Source: Methanomassiliicoccaceae archaeon
Lineage (GTDB): Archaea; Thermoplasmatota; Thermoplasmata; Methanomassiliicoccales; Methanomethylophilaceae
Assembly (NCBI GenBank): GCA_016281925.1
Contig: JAEEJP010000034.1
Coordinates: 33,665-97,664 of the forward strand
Length of the DNA: 64,000 bases
Reading direction: 5' to 3'
Shown here: positions 61,468-64,000 of the stretch, piece by piece
How the letters are laid out: the number at the start of each line of letters is the position of its first letter
Numbering within the stretch: the stretch's first letter is position 1
Made by a program: the position numbers and the translations under genes
Notes under the pieces: model-generated
What the model saw: only the letters and a program-made list of their open reading frames with translations
Database searches by the model: none
Told to the model about the DNA's origin: nothing

Positions 61468-61690
61468 GGATGATAATTAAACGGATTATTAATAACACTA
61501 ATCCCTGGGAAAGACAGCCAGACATGCTGAACGGAGCTCGGTCCCAACCGGCCGGCGCTGCAAGATCGGATGGATGCGGGTTCCGGAAAGAGGCTATTTT
61601 GGATGTAATGATAATCATTCATACATTCATCAGAAAATATTATACACTATAATCACGTCTGTTATCCATCCAAAATACCAAGGTGCAACA

Positions 61691-61771
61691 ATGAACAGAA
61701 GAATGCTGATAGCCATCCCAGCCGCAGCGATCGTCGCGATTCTTGCGTTTATGTTCATCTTCAGGCCATAA
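61691..61771 (+). other. 26-aa signal-peptide-like ORF (small membrane peptide or truncated gene)
   Basis: AGGTG RBS-like site, then MNRRMLIAIPAAAIVAILAFMFIFRP; AT-rich upstream region. Confidence 0.35.
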
Positions 61772-62289
61772 GCAATTCTGGCCCGGCATTGATGAGACAT
61801 ATGAACAGAGAACTACCGACGCCTATATGATCGGCAGGACCGGCGGCGGCAAAATAACGCCGGACCAGCGCTACTGCTGGGGCCGGCCCGGCATCCCTCA
61901 TGCAATATTGTTTGGATGCTGCAGAATTACAGAACAATCAGACAAGCATCCGCCGCTGCGGGATGTGCTGAACCAGAAACCTGAACCGCTTCCGCAGGCA
62001 CCGACGCTTATCACATTTCCGATGCGACGAGCTCACATTCGAAGCATCGGCTTGCGGTCGCAGAAACCGTTCATTCCGGCGGCGGAATGCCGTGCCCCCG
62101 TTTCTCTGACGACGCATTTCTGCCGCCCGCCTACACAGAAACGTCGGGAGACCGCTGAGCTAACGGGAACCTATAGACGCGGATGCGCCATGGATGCCGG
62201 ATAGAGAACAGAATTCAGAGCACAGAACCTCAGCAAACGGTCGCGTAAAAAGAGAACGGCAATACAGCTCTGAGCCATATTACCGTCTG

Positions 62290-62318
62290 AAAAAGGTTTT
62301 GCCGGGGGTTGCCCGGCA
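62290..62318 (-). terminator. hairpin + T-run terminator of the adhesin gene
   Basis: TGCCGGG..CCCGGCA stem followed on the minus strand by AAACCTTTTT. Confidence 0.6.
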
Positions 62319-62327
62319 GTTTCGGGC

Positions 62328-64000
62328 TCAGGCCTCCATAGTCAGGACCTTGTCCTGTCCGGAGAAGGTGTTGCCCTTGAGGTTATCTAGGCTGATCTTG
62401 TTGCCGTCCGCGTCCTGGAACTTGTATCCGTAGAACGCCTTGGAATCCACTTCTGCGAGGGAATCGCCGAAGGAGATGTCCTGCAGGCTGGTTCCGGTGA
62501 ACGCGCCGTATCCGATGGACTCAACGGAGGCCAGGTCGGCGTAGGTCAGGGCCTTGCAGTCGAAGAAGGCGTGCTTCCCTATTTCGACAACGTTCTCCAG
62601 GCTGATTCCGGAAAGGGAGACGCATCCGCTGAACGCGCTCGTGCCCAGGACGGTGGTGTCGCCGAGCTCTACGGATTCAAGGGACTTGCATCCGAAGAAG
62701 GCATAGGATCCTATGGAAGTCACGCCGGTGAGGGTGACGGACTCCAGCGTCTTGCAGCCGTAGAAGGCCTTGGAGGCGATCTCGGAGACGGTCCATTCGA
62801 ATCCGAGATAGCTCACGGACTCGGGGATTATAAGATCGGCCACGGCATCGGCGGCGAATCCGGCTGCCTCGACGGTCTTGGATTCCCCGTTGGCAGTTAT
62901 CACATACCTCATGCCGTTGTCGATGATGGTGCCGTCGACGGGCGGGACGTAGACCTTAAGCGCGGAACTGTTCTTTCCGGTGAACTTGTGGCCGGCCATC
63001 GCGTCGGCGAGAGACATCTCTCTCTTGTCTTCCCCAATGAAGGTGCATCCGTCGAATGCGCCATCGCCGACGGACACGAAGGTCGCGCTGAACACGACGT
63101 AGTTGAGGGCGGAGCATCCGGCGAAGGCATGGTCGCCTATGGTGACTGTGCAGCCGGAGAACTTGAGGCATTCGAGAGTGCTTCCGCGGAAGGCGTCATC
63201 TCCGATCGAAGTGACGCTCCCGGGAATCATCGCATAGCGGAAGTAGGTGCCGCTGGGATCGTCGTTCTTGAGAGCGGCTCCGACGTTCTTGAACGCTCCG
63301 GGAGCTATCTCGGTCACGTCGGGTATCACCATCTTCTGCTTGGCGGCCGGGAACCTGATCAGGACGCTCTTGTCCTTGTCGAAGAGGGCCCCATCATAGG
63401 AGGAGTATGCTCCGTTGTCCGCGGAGACCTCGATGGTTCCGAGGTACGGGCTGTCGAAGGCTCCGAGTCCGATGTCGGAGACGGTGCTTCCGATCTCCGC
63501 GGATGTGACGGTGGCGCAATCGGCGAAGGCTCCCTCGGCTATGGACACGGGGACGAACGCAATGCCGTCTCCGTACACGACATCAGGAACTCCGATGAAG
63601 GTAGGCTCTCCGTCGTATCCGACGGCGGAGACGGTGCTGCGGTCCTCCTGTATGACGTACCATACATTCTCGTAGACGAAGGAGAGCAGGGTCTTGGAGA
63701 ACTCCGCGGTGATCGTAGTCTCGCCGGTAATGGTCCTGGATTCCATGCTCCATCCCTCGAAGGAGTAAGAATACTCTGCGGTGGATTCGGCGACGGTGGC
63801 CACGGATTCGGAATCTCCGATCTTCAGGACGTTTTCTCTGGGGACGACGACTGTTCCGTAAGGCACGGTAACGATGCCGAGGGAGACTGTTCCGGCTTCC
63901 TCATCGGAAGGCACGATCGTGACATCGTACTCCCTGAGCTCCCTGGTGATCTCGCAGCTGATGTCCATCGGGCCGGTGACCTCGGTGGCCCTGCCGAGCT
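62328..64000 (-). CDS. adhesin-like surface protein with BspA LRR and Listeria/Bacteroides-type repeats (3' part; 5' end outside window)
   Basis: Many IGxxAFxGCxxL repeats; YSYSFEGWS..ITGETTITAEF repeat; frame is open to the window edge. Confidence 0.88.
   Translation of the reverse strand, partial: LGRATEVTGPMDISCEITRELREYDVTIVPSDEEAGTVSLGIVTVPYGTVVVPRENVLKIGDSESVATVAESTAEYSYSFEGWSMESRTITGETTITAEFSKTLLSFVYENVWYVIQEDRSTVSAVGYDGEPTFIGVPDVVYGDGIAFVPVSIAEGAFADCATVTSAEIGSTVSDIGLGAFDSPYLGTIEVSADNGAYSSYDGALFDKDKSVLIRFPAAKQKMVIPDVTEIAPGAFKNVGAALKNDDPSGTYFRYAMIPGSVTSIGDDAFRGSTLECLKFSGCTVTIGDHAFAGCSALNYVVFSATFVSVGDGAFDGCTFIGEDKREMSLADAMAGHKFTGKNSSALKVYVPPVDGTIIDNGMRYVITANGESKTVEAAGFAADAVADLIIPESVSYLGFEWTVSEIASKAFYGCKTLESVTLTGVTSIGSYAFFGCKSLESVELGDTTVLGTSAFSGCVSLSGISLENVVEIGKHAFFDCKALTYADLASVESIGYGAFTGTSLQDISFGDSLAEVDSKAFYGYKFQDADGNKISLDNLKGNTFSGQDKVLTMEA

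Noticed and set aside
1-64000. tRNA/rRNA genes, transposases or integrases, pyl genes, hisD, selenocysteine TGA readthrough
   Set aside because: None recognised by eye in this window; TGA consistently falls at natural gene ends

Overview
GC-rich archaeal chromosome segment that I assign to a methylotrophic methanogen of the Methanomassiliicoccales type, probably gut or rumen associated. The basis is mtmB/mtmC, the atwA-mcrC-mmp3-6-5-15-17-7 cluster, ycaO, an archaeal RNase P RNA and BspA adhesins. The window holds a his cluster interrupted by a SauUSI-like PLD-helicase, a putative surface-glycan modification island (ATP-grasp, LicC-like, LicD and PP-loop genes, three of them fused to SEL1 repeats), a PLD + Hhe-like defence pair, housekeeping genes, and five tandem Fe-S/FrhB-pyruvyltransferase fusions. 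The most striking signal is the genetic code. (1) TAG occurs in frame inside four genes (mtmB plus three non-methyltransferases) and is never the natural stop of a gene, consistent with general pyrrolysine decoding. (2) I found no internal CGA among several hundred Arg codons read by hand, yet CGA sits where genes should end (hisA, chorismate mutase, the DUF2111 regulator, and near the ends of the ATP-grasp, Hhe-like and mmp6 genes). This suggests CGA acts as a stop signal. All calls come from motif recognition by eye; no database searches were run.
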